Shown here in pieces: positions 20,611 through 31,462 of a stretch of 64,000 nt of DNA; the first letter of the stretch is position 1; each line of letters starts with the position of its first letter. The notes under the pieces were generated by a model, which searched no databases, was not told the DNA's origin, and was given only the letters and a program-made list of their open reading frames with translations. This DNA is from an uncultured archaeon (lineage in GTDB: Archaea > Altiarchaeota > Altiarchaeia > IMC4 > QMZM01), in the NCBI GenBank assembly GCA_964549685.1, contig CAZJVE010000001.1, positions 116,098 to 180,097 of the forward strand. The letters are read 5' to 3'. Both the position numbers and the translations under genes were made by a program.

Positions 20611-21531
20611 ATGAAAACCAAGTGGAAGGTCCTTATCCTGGTATCTTTGCTTATCTTTGTTACTCTCGGCATCATTGGAATTATAGCTCTTGTTGGAGAG
20701 TTCAACAAGAACGAGATGCCCTTTTTCGGGAACAAGATTGCCATAATTCCGGTAAAGGGATATATAACAACAGAGAGCTGCGGACCCAGTATGATTGGTG
20801 GGGCGCAGTGTGCTGAAGTGGCAGTAATAAAGAGTAGGATACAGGGTGCTGAAAGCGACCCCTCGATAAGGGCCATAGTCCTTGACATAAATTCCGGTGG
20901 CGGCAGTGTCGTTGCCACAGGCGAGATTGAGGAGGCGATTAGGAACAGTGACAAGCCGGTGGTTGCATGGATTGAAGAGGTCGGTGCATCTGGGGCGTAC
21001 TACATTGCATCAGCAGCTGATGTTATTGTAGCAGATAAAAATTCGATTACGGGAAGCATAGGCGTTATAATGACGGTCCCTCACTATTATGGGCTACTGG
21101 GAATGATTGGCGTTAACATGACAGTAATCAAGGCAGGGAACAGCAAGGATATAGGGAGCCCCTACAGGGAGATGACCAACGAGGAAGAAGGCGACCTTCA
21201 GGGGATGGTGGATAAGATCTACTACGATTTTGTCTCAGGGGTGGCAGAAAACAGGGGCCTTTCAGTGGAGTATGTAGAAAACATATCCGATGGTAGCATA
21301 TATCTCGGCAGTGAGGCGCAGGAGCTCGGCCTGGTGGATGTCCTTGGAGGAAGGTCAGCCGCCATAGAGATTGCAGCAGAGCTCGGAGGGATTGAAGGGA
21401 CTCCAGGCATAGTCGAAACAAGGCCAAAGAAAAACCTGGTTGATTTGCTGTCAGAGATGTCAACACACGTGGGCTATGGAATAGGTAAGGGTATAATAAG
21501 CGAATACGGAGACCAAAGATGGGCAGAATAA
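20611..21531 (+). CDS. sppA: Signal peptide peptidase SppA (S49)
   Basis: INSGGGS, GASGAYYIAS, TGSIGV, K.G..KD. Confidence 0.92.
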   Translation: MKTKWKVLILVSLLIFVTLGIIGIIALVGEFNKNEMPFFGNKIAIIPVKGYITTESCGPSMIGGAQCAEVAVIKSRIQGAESDPSIRAIVLDINSGGGSVVATGEIEEAIRNSDKPVVAWIEEVGASGAYYIASAADVIVADKNSITGSIGVIMTVPHYYGLLGMIGVNMTVIKAGNSKDIGSPYREMTNEEEGDLQGMVDKIYYDFVSGVAENRGLSVEYVENISDGSIYLGSEAQELGLVDVLGGRSAAIEIAAELGGIEGTPGIVETRPKKNLVDLLSEMSTHVGYGIGKGIISEYGDQRWAE

Positions 21532-21719
21532 AGCAGACGTATCTGAAGAGGATTGCCAACGAGCTCCTTGAGAAATACAGGGGGGAGTTCGGCAAGGACT
21601 TTCAGAAGAATAAGGAGAAGGTGCATGAGCTAAGCACTGTAGAGAGCAAGGCCATAAGGAACAAGATTGCAGGCTACATAACGAAGGTTATGAAGAGGGA
21701 AGCGGTAGAGGCAAGCTAG
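21519..21719 (+). CDS. rps17e: 30S ribosomal protein S17e
   Basis: MGRIKQ..KR...DF..NK...SK.IRNKIAGYIT. Confidence 0.96.
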   Translation: MGRIKQTYLKRIANELLEKYRGEFGKDFQKNKEKVHELSTVESKAIRNKIAGYITKVMKREAVEAS

Positions 21720-22507
21720 ATTTCATAGCACTTTTTCTTATAGCCGCATGCTTCGCATTTCTTTTCTGAGCCGTGGGAGCAGATTTCAGGGATTTTCCCC
21801 TGAAGGATTTCTATTATCTCATCTCTTGTATTGATTACCTCCCTTCTCAGTTTCTCCGTTGTCATGACGGGCCTTCTCTCCTGGATTCTGGTATATTCGA
21901 CAAAGCCGTGGGTTATTGGCTCCTTCAGCTTGAATTTGTCCTCAAGGAGCATTGCATAGGCACACGTCTGGAGGCGGTCGCCCTCCCATACTCCGTCTGA
22001 CGGCTGGCCCGTCTTTATCTCTACCGGAACGTAGGTTTCATCGAGCATTATCTTGTCAACTCTCCCTGTAATTCCAATGCTGTCTGACTTTATGTAGTAT
22101 TCTACCTTCCACGGAGTCACCATCTGCAGGGCCCGGTCGATTCCAAGCTCCTCGACAATAATTCCCAGCTTGGTGCTTATGGTTCCGATTTCTTTCAGCA
22201 GCTCCGACCTTATGGCAGGGATGAAACTCTCATAGCGGGCATCCTTTAGCATTCCCTTGTAGATGGAGGGAAAGTCCTGCATTATCTGCTCCAGCTCCTG
22301 CAGCAGGAGAATTTCCAGCTCGTCAGGATGTTGAATCTTACCTAGTAACTTCGCCTGCCTCATGCTGAGTTCTTTTCTTACTGCATGTCCTAACAGTCCC
22401 TTGGTCTGCCCTTCTGTGGGTTTGGTCTTTATCTTCAATACCTTAGAAAGATAGATGTTCCTGGGGCAGAAGGTGTACTGGTTCAAGGTAGAGGCATTGA
22501 CATTCAT
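21716..22507 (-). CDS. cas4: Stand-alone Cas4-family exonuclease
   Basis: N-terminal FCPR, PD-(D/E)xK core GRVDKI..VEIKTG, QxxxY, C-terminal C..C...C Fe-S ligands. Confidence 0.85.
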   Translation of the reverse strand: MNVNASTLNQYTFCPRNIYLSKVLKIKTKPTEGQTKGLLGHAVRKELSMRQAKLLGKIQHPDELEILLLQELEQIMQDFPSIYKGMLKDARYESFIPAIRSELLKEIGTISTKLGIIVEELGIDRALQMVTPWKVEYYIKSDSIGITGRVDKIMLDETYVPVEIKTGQPSDGVWEGDRLQTCAYAMLLEDKFKLKEPITHGFVEYTRIQERRPVMTTEKLRREVINTRDEIIEILQGKIPEICSHGSEKKCEACGYKKKCYEI

Positions 22508-22554
22508 CTTACAAATACTGATATTCTTAGAAGTAGGTTAAGATAAACCTGTTT

Positions 22555-22713
22555 TTAGACCGATGCCTTGGCAGCCATCTTCTTGTTCTTTCTCCTTATC
22601 TTCCCTGTCTTCCCGCATTTCCTGCACTTTGTTGACCCAAGTGGGTTCTTTGCGTTGCATTCCATGCAGATTCCCTTGAAGATTCTGATCTCTGCCTCCT
22701 TGAATCGTGCCAT
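22555..22713 (-). CDS. rpl40e: 50S ribosomal protein L40e
   Basis: MARFKEAE.R...[10 protein letters not shown]....CRKCG. Confidence 0.95.
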   Translation of the reverse strand: MARFKEAEIRIFKGICMECNAKNPLGSTKCRKCGKTGKIRRKNKKMAAKASV

Positions 22714-22784
22714 TTCAGGTATAATTACTATAAAGGCAAGGCATAAAAATGCGGAATTTAAGCCCTCCATCTTAATTTCTTAGG

Positions 22785-24200
22785 ATGGAGAAGCTGGATA
22801 AAATACTTATCATAGGCTCCGGCCCCATACAGATTGGGCAGGCTGCGGAATTCGACTATAGTGGGAGCCAGGCCTGCCTCTCGCTGAGGGAGGAAGGGAA
22901 GACGGTGGTTCTTGTGAATTCTAACCCGGCTACAATAATGACGGAGCCGGACATTGCGGACATAATCTACATCGAGCCCCTGGTTCCGGAGGTTGTTGCA
23001 AAGATTATAGAGAAGGAGAAGCCAGACGGGATTCTGCCCACGATGGGGGGACAGACCGGCCTGAACCTTGCTTCTGCCCTGGCAGTTATGGGTGTCTTTG
23101 AAGAACATAACGTAAAGATACTTGGAACGCCGATAGAGACGATAAAGAACGGCGAGGACAGGGACTCGTTTGCTAACCTTATGAGAGAGATTAACGAGCC
23201 AGTGCCCCCAAGCAAGGCGGTAAATTCGTTCATTGAGGCAAAGGAGGCTGCGGATGAGATTGGCTATCCAGTCATTGTCAGGCCTGCCTACACTCTTGGC
23301 GGAGGAGGGGGCGGAATTGCAGAGAACGAGGAGGAGCTCGAGAGGATAGCAAGGCACGGCCTGCAGCTGAGTATGATAAACCAGGTTCTGATTGAACAGT
23401 CGCTCATTGGCTGGTATGAGTTCGAGTATGAGGTGATGAGAGACTCCGCGGATAACTGTATAACTATATGCTCGATGGAGAATTTCGACCCGATGGGGAT
23501 TCATACCGGCGAGAGCATAGTCGTTGCCCCTGCCCAGACTCTGAGTGACGTGGATAACCAGATGCTCAGGAGCGCTTCGTTAAAGATTATAAGGGCTCTG
23601 GGCGTTGAAGGAGGGTGCAACATACAGTTTGCTTTGCATCCCGAAACCAGGGAGTATATGGTGATAGAGGTCAATCCCCGAGTTTCAAGGTCGTCAGCAC
23701 TGGCTTCCAAGGCAACCGGCTATCCGATAGCAAGAGTTGCAGCAAAGGTCGCGATAGGAAAAACCCTGGACGAGATTCCGAACGAGGTTACCAAGAAAAC
23801 ACCATCTTCTTTCGAGCCGTCAATAGACTATATCGTGCTGAAGATCCCGAGATGGCCCTTTGACAAGTTCAGGGACATTGACAGGACCATAGAAACGCAG
23901 ATGAAGGCAACGGGAGAGGTCATGTCCATAGGCAGAACATTCGAGGAGGCGCTGCAGAAGGCGATAAATTCCCTGGACGTTGGGAAGGTGGGAATCAGCG
24001 GCATGGGCGAAACGGACATTGACAAGATTAAGGCAAAAATTGAAACCCCGAACGACGAGAGGATGTTCTATATTGTCGATGGGTTCAAGGCAGGCATGTC
24101 TGTCGATGAGATTAATGAGATTTCCCACATCTGCCCCTGGTTCCTGGAGAAGATTAAGGGGCTGGTTGATACAGCAGAGAAGTTTAAGATTGCTATTTAA
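22785..24200 (+). CDS. carB: Carbamoyl-phosphate synthase large subunit, N-terminal half only
   Basis: [50 protein letters not shown]; stops at 471 aa. Confidence 0.92.
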   Translation: MEKLDKILIIGSGPIQIGQAAEFDYSGSQACLSLREEGKTVVLVNSNPATIMTEPDIADIIYIEPLVPEVVAKIIEKEKPDGILPTMGGQTGLNLASALAVMGVFEEHNVKILGTPIETIKNGEDRDSFANLMREINEPVPPSKAVNSFIEAKEAADEIGYPVIVRPAYTLGGGGGGIAENEEELERIARHGLQLSMINQVLIEQSLIGWYEFEYEVMRDSADNCITICSMENFDPMGIHTGESIVVAPAQTLSDVDNQMLRSASLKIIRALGVEGGCNIQFALHPETREYMVIEVNPRVSRSSALASKATGYPIARVAAKVAIGKTLDEIPNEVTKKTPSSFEPSIDYIVLKIPRWPFDKFRDIDRTIETQMKATGEVMSIGRTFEEALQKAINSLDVGKVGISGMGETDIDKIKAKIETPNDERMFYIVDGFKAGMSVDEINEISHICPWFLEKIKGLVDTAEKFKIAI

Positions 24201-24974
24201 TTTCTGGATTGGAGTGCTAAAATATCCCATATTTATCCGTGTAATCTAAGTTAGTTATATGAGATTTCCGGCGCTTGGTCCTGATCTTGCAGAGTTCGTA
24301 GGTGTGCTCCTAGGTGACGGTTCAATAGGCAGATATGAGTGTCGTGCAGGAGATAAAATCAAAATCCAACATAGAGTAAAAGTAACCGGTGATGGGGAAG
24401 AGGACCTGCCATATTTCAAGGAGTTTTTGTCCCCATTAATGACAAACCTCTTTGGTAAAGGGCCGTTGCTTCGTTTCAAAAGAAACGAAAGGACTGCAGA
24501 ACTCGCATATTTTGGTAAGGAGTTATATGAATTCTTAATTGGATTAGGTATGGTTTCCGCCCCAAAGAGAAATAGAGCAATAATTCCTCCTTTTGTATTT
24601 GAGAAAAATCTTGAATTGCATTTCCTGAGGGGTTTGTTTGACACAGATGGGTGTTTAGTATTTGACAAACAGCACAAGGATATTCATTACTACCCCAGAA
24701 TAGAGATAAAGATGTTGTCGTGTCCTATGAGGGAGCAATTGTTGAGTATACTGTCAGATAGAGGGTTCAGATATATAACTTCACCCCAACCTAATGAGGG
24801 CTTGAGGATACAGATGAATGGTAAGAAAATATTTGAGAGGTGGATGAAGGATATTGGGTTCAATAACCAGAAACACGTAAGCAAGTATGATGTATGGAGT
24901 AAGTTTGGATATTACACACCAAATACCACACTGAAGGAAAGAATCGATATTCTAGCGCAGTGATTGCTATTTAA
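24188..24974 (+). repeat. 13-bp direct repeat GATTGCTATTTAA at 24188-24200 and 24962-24974 flanking the LAGLIDADG gene
   Basis: Two exact copies read directly from the sequence. Confidence 0.8.
24259..24963 (+). CDS. Free-standing LAGLIDADG homing-endonuclease-like protein
   Basis: Two motifs, LAEFVGVLLGDGSI and FLRGLFDTDGCL; AT-richer than flanking genes. Confidence 0.88.
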   Translation: MRFPALGPDLAEFVGVLLGDGSIGRYECRAGDKIKIQHRVKVTGDGEEDLPYFKEFLSPLMTNLFGKGPLLRFKRNERTAELAYFGKELYEFLIGLGMVSAPKRNRAIIPPFVFEKNLELHFLRGLFDTDGCLVFDKQHKDIHYYPRIEIKMLSCPMREQLLSILSDRGFRYITSPQPNEGLRIQMNGKKIFERWMKDIGFNNQKHVSKYDVWSKFGYYTPNTTLKERIDILAQ

Positions 24975-25036
24975 CGCCTTATTCTGAAAGTATTAAACGC
25001 GAGGTTGCTGTTCACCGTAGCGAAATAGTACCCTAT

Positions 25037-25189
25037 AGCGGGATTGAGCAGCCAGGAGTGCTCGTCGGACGTATGGAGGTGTTATACATGCTCGTGCGGG
25101 CGAAGCTCATATGAGGGTTTTTAACCAATCGTGAGAAAAAGTGCTTCTGAGAGACCCGAAGGTCGGTGGTTCAAATCCACCTCCCGCTA
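25037..25189 (+). tRNA. Initiator tRNA-Met(CAT) with two introns (25069-25104 at 30/31; 25112-25153 at 37/38)
   Basis: Spliced sequence AGCGGGA TT GAGC AGCCAGGAGT GCTC G TCGG|G CT CAT A|A CCCGA AGGTC GGTGG TTCAAAT CCACC TCCCGCT A; A1-U72 pair and three G-C anticodon-stem pairs of initiators; bulge-helix-bulge-type pairings at both introns; CCA not encoded. Confidence 0.9.
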
Positions 25190-25220
25190 TATTTTCTTTT
25201 AAAATTATGGTGGTTGGTAA

Positions 25221-25580
25221 ATGGATATAACAACGAATACAGTTCAGGTTCTCACAGGCTCAACAATAGCTATACTTGCAACTTTTGTATATTCGGCACT
25301 CACTCGTGCTTTTTTGAGTGGGGGGTCATTCCGTAAAAAATGGGAGGCTGTGTTTATCACATTAGGAACAGCCTTTGCATTAGGCATGTTAACACCAAGC
25401 ATAAACGAATTCTGGCGGGAAGTAATCCCTCAAATTACTTATCTTCAATTGGTTGGTGTTTTGATAATGGTCGGAACATTCAGCGTAAATCAAATGGTGC
25501 ATAATTGGCGACATAGCACCGGAACATCAATCATTCTCTACGGTGCCGGGTTGATACTCTTTGGTTATCGATACATATAA
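25221..25580 (+). CDS. Small hypothetical membrane protein (about 4 TM)
   Basis: Hydrophobic 119-aa ORF; GGTGG RBS-like sequence upstream. Confidence 0.65.
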   Translation: MDITTNTVQVLTGSTIAILATFVYSALTRAFLSGGSFRKKWEAVFITLGTAFALGMLTPSINEFWREVIPQITYLQLVGVLIMVGTFSVNQMVHNWRHSTGTSIILYGAGLILFGYRYI

Positions 25581-25587
25581 GAACCGG

Positions 25588-26382
25588 TCATAAAACCATC
25601 AAACTAACCCCAAATCCAACAATCAGCCCCGCACAAATCGGGGGCAGTGCTGGAAGTGCGACTTTTTCTTGGTTCAGAATGTAGACAAAGAGTAGGGTTA
25701 TGCCGATTAATCCCCCGGCTGCTGTGATGGCCGCGTTCGTGAAGGAATAATCCCTCATCACAGAGACCGAGAAGATAAGGGGAACTGCCAGGTCTCCCGT
25801 TCCGAGGCCAAGGAACCTGTCGCCGAAGGGGATTGTGAACATCAGCGGGATTTTGCCTTCGGCTCCCTTTGCGAGGGTTATCATGTGTTTTGTGCCGAAG
25901 ACTGCAACAAGGTCGTAGGCCGAGAGGATTAGGATGAGTATGAGGGCTGGGATGAATGCTATTGAGGAACCAAACAGCGCCCCGATGCCAGGAATCGTGA
26001 AGAGAAGGACTATGTTCATGACTGCCGGGTTCCTGCTCTTCAGGATTGAGAGGATAAATAGAGCCGCTGCCAGAAGCAGGCCGATGAAATCGAAGAGAAC
26101 CCAGAGGGTGAATGAAAGGCCGACTACTAGGAAGAAAAAGGACATAATTTTTATAATAAAATATAGCCCGAATTTCAGTAGCAGGAGCAGTATTCCCGTC
26201 CCGATGAGAATGTAAACGAAAATTATCAATGAGGTGAGGGGGTTATCCGGCTCCTCTATTACCGGGGCAATCTCCCCTGATTCTATCGCCCCTATCAGCT
26301 CGGAACCAATATGCAGGCCCATCAGCTGAATGGAAACGTAAAGAAGGATTATCAGTATCAGGGGCTCGTATTTCATTCTCAT
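25588..26382 (-). CDS. Presenilin/SPP-family intramembrane aspartyl protease
   Basis: AYD...KHM, LGTGD, LPALP motifs. Confidence 0.92.
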   Translation of the reverse strand: MRMKYEPLILIILLYVSIQLMGLHIGSELIGAIESGEIAPVIEEPDNPLTSLIIFVYILIGTGILLLLLKFGLYFIIKIMSFFFLVVGLSFTLWVLFDFIGLLLAAALFILSILKSRNPAVMNIVLLFTIPGIGALFGSSIAFIPALILILILSAYDLVAVFGTKHMITLAKGAEGKIPLMFTIPFGDRFLGLGTGDLAVPLIFSVSVMRDYSFTNAAITAAGGLIGITLLFVYILNQEKVALPALPPICAGLIVGFGVSLMVL

Positions 26383-28403
26383 CTATGTTCTGTGAACATG
26401 AATTTCCCGTGCCTGGGCTCGTAGATTATTCCCTTTGTCTTTAATTCGGTTATTATCTTCTCTGCCTTGAACTTGTCTATCTCCTTGCCTTCTGCCTCTC
26501 TAATAATGTCCTCCATGTGAGCGGAGCCGTCGCCGCTTTCGGCAAGAAGCCCCCTTATGATGTCCTCCATCAGCTTTATCTTGTCCCTGTCCGATTTTGG
26601 ATATTCCGCACCGATTCTGTCGATGTCTATCTCTCCTGTTGCGGCGTCATAGGCGACCTCCCTAAGCACGAAGTTTGTGAGTCTTATTGCTCTGTCTGCA
26701 TCGCTGACTGTTACCGCGTCGCTCAGCCTTATCTTTGCCGATGCCTCGGCCAGCCTTACTAACGCCTCTAGCTGTCTTGGGGTTGCCCTTACTGTTTCCT
26801 GGCTCCCGCCCCTCAAATCCACGTAGTACGCCTTTATCTTCTCCGCCGCATCGTCCGTCATGACGGGACGCATGTTCTTGCGCGAATATGCTATGTACTT
26901 CCTGAACAATTCCGCATTAATTACCGGCTGGATTTCTTCGGCTTCCTCCGGCGTCTTGTGCATCTTGAGCATGTGGTCTGCTATTTCCGCGTCCTTCTCC
27001 TTGTCCAGGATGTCTCTGATAGGGAAAATGAGGTCAAATCTGCTTAGTAGGGTTGGGGGTATATCGAACTGCTCGCCCAGCGGCTTGTAGCTGTCGAACC
27101 TGCTGAATTTTGGATTAGATGCTGCGAGGACCGCAGTATTTGCAATGAACCTTGTTACCATCCCAGCCTTCGCCACGCTAATGGTTTGCTGCTCCATCGC
27201 CTCGTGCATGGCACTTCTGTCTTCCTTGTCCATCTTGTCGAACTCGTCAATGCAGACGACTCCGCCTCCTGCAAGAACCAGTGCTCCTGCCTTCAGGGTC
27301 CATCCACCCTCACCGAAGTCGTCCTTCTCTGCCGTGGCTGTAAGGCCCGCCCCGGTTGTGCCTTTGCCGGTAACATAGATGCTTTTTGGTGCTATCTGGT
27401 TAACGTACTGAAGAATTCTCGATTTAGCGACACCGGGGTCTCCGACGAGAAGAAGATGTATATCCGGTCTGAGGGGGGTTCCGTCAGGAAGCCTCTTCCT
27501 TCCCCTTCCGCCAAAGAGCTGTAATGCGATGGCTTCCTTGACCTCGTTGTAGCCCCAAATTCCGGGGGCGATTGATGCTATTACATGGTCATGAATCTTG
27601 GGGTTCTTGGCAAACTTCTTAATCTCCCTCTCTTCTTTCTTGCTAATTTCGATGTCCTCGAACTCCCTGGCTATTCCCTCAATGTTGTTGCCTTCAATAT
27701 ATTTGAGGTAGACCGAGCCGCCTTTCTTCGGGGGGAGGAGTCTCATTATGCCCGTGATTACAACACGGTCTCCTGCATAGACCGCATCGGTCAAATCATC
27801 CTCCACCCACACCTCTATCCTTCTCGCTTCCGCACCTCCCTTGAGCATCTCCAGCGGCTCCTGAATCTCCAGCTTCTGGATGTCTGTCAGTTTTGATTCC
27901 TCGGGTACAAAGCGAAATTCCCGTCTCTTGCAGTTATTGCAGAACGGGGGCTGCTGCAGAAATCTTGTCGCCTGCGGCTCATCGTGCGATTCATTGCATT
28001 TATTGCAGTAGAATCTGCCGGTTTCAATCTTCGGGAAGATGTCAGTAATCTTGTTAACAAGGCCCTCAAGGGCCATCATCCCCCCTACATTTTTGGATCT
28101 GAGTTCTCTAACGAGAATAGTATAGCCCTTCTCCTTGGGGATGTTATAGAAACGGACGTTTATCCTGAGGTCGTCCATTAGTTCTGGCGCAACCGAGATT
28201 TTTTCCTTCAGAAGAGTCTGGAGGATTTCCAGTATATCGTCGGGATTCGCAATTAACTCCTCAGCAAGCCCGTGGTCAAATTTCTCAAGCTCTTCATAAT
28301 TGATGAGGAGGCTTTTTACCTCGGGATAGAGCTCAGCAACCTTGTTTATGTCATTGGACTTCTTGTTTAGAAACCCCTCAAGCTTATCGTTGACTTTTTC
28401 CAT
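26379..28403 (-). CDS. mcm: Replicative helicase MCM
   Basis: Zn finger, GDPGVAKS, IDEFDKM, LLSRFD, C-terminal winged helix; no intein. Confidence 0.97.
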   Translation of the reverse strand: MEKVNDKLEGFLNKKSNDINKVAELYPEVKSLLINYEELEKFDHGLAEELIANPDDILEILQTLLKEKISVAPELMDDLRINVRFYNIPKEKGYTILVRELRSKNVGGMMALEGLVNKITDIFPKIETGRFYCNKCNESHDEPQATRFLQQPPFCNNCKRREFRFVPEESKLTDIQKLEIQEPLEMLKGGAEARRIEVWVEDDLTDAVYAGDRVVITGIMRLLPPKKGGSVYLKYIEGNNIEGIAREFEDIEISKKEEREIKKFAKNPKIHDHVIASIAPGIWGYNEVKEAIALQLFGGRGRKRLPDGTPLRPDIHLLLVGDPGVAKSRILQYVNQIAPKSIYVTGKGTTGAGLTATAEKDDFGEGGWTLKAGALVLAGGGVVCIDEFDKMDKEDRSAMHEAMEQQTISVAKAGMVTRFIANTAVLAASNPKFSRFDSYKPLGEQFDIPPTLLSRFDLIFPIRDILDKEKDAEIADHMLKMHKTPEEAEEIQPVINAELFRKYIAYSRKNMRPVMTDDAAEKIKAYYVDLRGGSQETVRATPRQLEALVRLAEASAKIRLSDAVTVSDADRAIRLTNFVLREVAYDAATGEIDIDRIGAEYPKSDRDKIKLMEDIIRGLLAESGDGSAHMEDIIREAEGKEIDKFKAEKIITELKTKGIIYEPRHGKFMFTEHR

Positions 28404-28549
28404 CTTGCTGAAATTTCGGGAGGATTAATATAATAGGGGCACTTGGTAAAAAGGCAGTTTGGAATTTCTTGTGTTTTCAGCCTTATAGACAATTGTCGAT
28501 TTTTATTCGCCTATGTATTTATACATATACGGATAAGTAATGGTATGAA

Positions 28550-29245
28550 TTGGACTCTGAAAGCGAGATCACACGGAGGATTGCAGGGGAAATCGTGCTG
28601 GCAGAGAAACCAGGAAAGTCGATGAGGAAGTGGCGCGAGATCTTCGGCATTAAACAGAAGAGGCTTGCGCAAAAGCTTGGGATTTCGGCCTCGGTGATTT
28701 CGGATTACGAGTCCGGAAGGAGGAAATCTCCAGGCATTGGGTTCGTGAGGAGATTCATAAAGGCTTTGGTTCGGGAGGACATCAAGGGCAGGCGTGAGTT
28801 GACGAAGATGCTCTCCCCCGCCAGGAAACCGGATGCGATTCTCGGCATCAGGGAATTCCTGACACCGCTGCCTATCAAAAAGCTTGTGAAGGCGGTAAAT
28901 GGCAGGGTTGTCGTAAGGGGGGGTATGAAGGACAAGGCGGTGTGGGGATATACCGTCATCGATTCGATAAAGGCAATCCTTGAGCTTTCCGAGACGGAGT
29001 TCATGAGCCTCTATGGAGCAAACGCCAAGAGGGCATTGATATTCACAAAGGTTCAAACGGGTCGGTCACCGATGATAGCGATAAAGGTGACCTCACCCAA
29101 ACCGTCGGTAGTAATACTTCACGGCCTGAAGGCCGGGAAGGTGGACAAGCTAGCGGCAAGCATTGCGAAGAACGAGGGCATACCGCTCGTCGTTTCGGAG
29201 ATGAGCGATGAGGAGTTGACTAATAAGCTAAGGAAGCTCGCATAA
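28550..29245 (+). CDS. HTH transcriptional regulator (conserved archaeal, upstream of HMG-CoA synthase)
   Basis: RKWREIF...[18 protein letters not shown]; GYTVIDS; [10 protein letters not shown]; TTG start. Confidence 0.85.
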   Translation: MDSESEITRRIAGEIVLAEKPGKSMRKWREIFGIKQKRLAQKLGISASVISDYESGRRKSPGIGFVRRFIKALVREDIKGRRELTKMLSPARKPDAILGIREFLTPLPIKKLVKAVNGRVVVRGGMKDKAVWGYTVIDSIKAILELSETEFMSLYGANAKRALIFTKVQTGRSPMIAIKVTSPKPSVVILHGLKAGKVDKLAASIAKNEGIPLVVSEMSDEELTNKLRKLA

Positions 29246-29246
29246 A

Positions 29247-30299
29247 ATGGCTGTTGGAATTGTCGGCTATGGAACATATCTCCCGAAGTACAGGATAAAG
29301 GCTGAGGAGATTGCAAGGGTATGGGGCAAAGACCCGGAAGCTATGAAGAAGGGTCTTGGAGTTTATGAGAAGACAATCCCCAACCTGGATGAGGATGCTG
29401 CGACCATTGCTGTTGAAGCAGCCAGAAGTGCACTGAGGCATTCCGGAATTAACCCGGCAGATATAGGGGCAATCTACGTGGGCTCTGAGTCACATCCCTA
29501 TGCCGTAAAGCCAACTGCGACTATTGTGAGCGCCGCAATAGAGGCAACTCCCGATTTAACTGCAGCAGACCTTGAATTCGCATGCAAGGCAGGGACTGCA
29601 GCAATTCAGTGCTGCATGGGTCTGGTCGAGGCAGGGAGGATTAAATATGGATTAGCAATCGGTTCTGATACATCTCAGGGGATGCCAGGAGATGCACTAG
29701 AGTATACCGCATCAGCAGGGGGTGCTGCCTTCATCATAGGGAATAACAAGCTGATTGCAGAGATTAAAGATACCTATTCCTTTACCACAGACACGCCGGA
29801 CTTCTGGAGGAGGGAGGGTCAAGAATTCCCAAAGCACGGGGCAAGGTTTACCGGAGAGCCCGCTTATTTTAAACACGTAATTAATTGCTCGAAAAAGATA
29901 ATGGAGAGAAACAAGCTGAGTCCAAAAGACTTCCAGTATGCTGTGTTTCATCAGCCCAACGGCAGATTCCCGGCGAAGGCTGCGAAGATACTCGGCTTCG
30001 ACCAGGAGCAGATAAAACTGGGATTGCTGACGCCATGGATTGGCAATACCTATTCGGGGTCCACTCCACTGGGCCTTGCGAGAATTCTCGACGAGGCGAA
30101 GGGGGGCGATTTGATTCTTGCAACGTCCTATGGCTCTGGTGCCGGTTCCGACTCGTTTATAATCGAGGTAACAAAGGAGAATGAGAAGAGGAGGAATGCA
30201 AAACCGCTCCAGTGTTTCATCGACAGGAAGGAGTACGTTGATTATGCCATATATGCAAAGCTGAAGGGTAAGATTAAGGGGGTTGTCCTGGAGAAATGA
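29247..30299 (+). CDS. Hydroxymethylglutaryl-CoA synthase
   Basis: [38 protein letters not shown]. Confidence 0.96.
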   Translation: MAVGIVGYGTYLPKYRIKAEEIARVWGKDPEAMKKGLGVYEKTIPNLDEDAATIAVEAARSALRHSGINPADIGAIYVGSESHPYAVKPTATIVSAAIEATPDLTAADLEFACKAGTAAIQCCMGLVEAGRIKYGLAIGSDTSQGMPGDALEYTASAGGAAFIIGNNKLIAEIKDTYSFTTDTPDFWRREGQEFPKHGARFTGEPAYFKHVINCSKKIMERNKLSPKDFQYAVFHQPNGRFPAKAAKILGFDQEQIKLGLLTPWIGNTYSGSTPLGLARILDEAKGGDLILATSYGSGAGSDSFIIEVTKENEKRRNAKPLQCFIDRKEYVDYAIYAKLKGKIKGVVLEK

Positions 30300-31462
30300 G
30301 TTCAAAGGTCGGGATTATAGGCGTCGGTATGACAAAGTTCGGCGAGCACTGGGATAGAAGATATAGGGATTTGATTGTCGATGCGGGTGTTGAAGCAATT
30401 AAAGATGCAGGGATTGAAGGAAATCAGATTGGGGGTATGTATGTGGGCTCCATGTCACCCGGCCTTTTTGCCGAGCAGGAGCACGTCTCAGCACTGGTTG
30501 CCGACTATTCGGGGCTTGCTGGAATTCCCGCCACCAGAGTAGAGGCTGCATGTGCCTCTGGAGGCGTTGCATTAAGAGAGGCCTATCTTGCAGTGAAATC
30601 CGGCGAGATGGATATCGTTGTTGCAGGAGGAGTCGAAAAGATGACCGACGTTCCAACTGGCTCTGCTGCCGTCGCTCTTATGGGAGCAGGCGACCAGGAG
30701 TGGGAGGCATTCAAGGGAGCGACCTTCCCGAGTTTGTATGCATTAATGGCAAGGAGGCATATGGTTGAATATGGAACTACTATTGAACAGATTTCCCAGG
30801 TGGCTGTTAAGAGCCACGACAATGCCTCGCATAACGAGGATGCCCACTACGGCTTCAAGGTCACTTTAGAGCAGGTCATGAATTCAAGTCCGGTTGCCGA
30901 CCCATTGAGAATTCTCCATTGTTCTGGAATTACTGATGGAGCAGCGACGGTAATTCTTGCCTCGGAGGAAAAGGCCAAGGAGCTGGTTGATGACCCGGTA
31001 TGGATTAAAGCATCGGCTCTGGCTACTGACACCATAGCGCTGCATGACAGGAAATCCCTATCAAAAACCGAAGCCACCGTTCTTGCTGCAAGGAAGGCCT
31101 ATAAGGCCGCAGAAATCAAACCGGAAGACGTTGATTTTGCAGAGGTCCATGACGCCTTTTCAATTGCCGAGATTCTAGCAATAGAGGCATTGGATTTCTG
31201 TGATTTTGGAGAAGGTGGGAAGCTGACACACAATGGGGAGACTGCGCTTAAGGGCAGAATTCCCGTCAACCCCTCGGGCGGGCTGAAAGGAAAGGGCCAT
31301 CCCGTCGGAGCGACAGGAATCGCCCAGGCAATCGAGGCCGTGCTGCAGATAAGGGGTAAGGCCGGGGAGCGGCAGGTCAAGGGTGCTGAGACGGGTTTGA
31401 TTCATAATGTCGGCGGGTCGGGAGCCACCTGTGTTATCCATATATTGAGCGGAGAAAAATGA
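30296..31462 (+). CDS. Acetoacetyl-CoA thiolase
   Basis: [26 protein letters not shown]. Confidence 0.95.
   Translation: MSSKVGIIGVGMTKFGEHWDRRYRDLIVDAGVEAIKDAGIEGNQIGGMYVGSMSPGLFAEQEHVSALVADYSGLAGIPATRVEAACASGGVALREAYLAVKSGEMDIVVAGGVEKMTDVPTGSAAVALMGAGDQEWEAFKGATFPSLYALMARRHMVEYGTTIEQISQVAVKSHDNASHNEDAHYGFKVTLEQVMNSSPVADPLRILHCSGITDGAATVILASEEKAKELVDDPVWIKASALATDTIALHDRKSLSKTEATVLAARKAYKAAEIKPEDVDFAEVHDAFSIAEILAIEALDFCDFGEGGKLTHNGETALKGRIPVNPSGGLKGKGHPVGATGIAQAIEAVLQIRGKAGERQVKGAETGLIHNVGGSGATCVIHILSGEK

Noticed and set aside
21628-21641. AGCTAAGCACTGTA in rps17e as another motif copy
   Set aside because: Four mismatches; compatible with chance
22758-23504. Long antisense ORFs here and opposite rad50, dnaG, nadC and the AAA gene
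   Set aside because: Shadow frames of well-supported genes on the other strand
24259-24963. LAGLIDADG ORF as an intein or intron of carB
   Set aside because: carB has its own stop, no intein C/S...HN termini are present, and carB does not resume downstream
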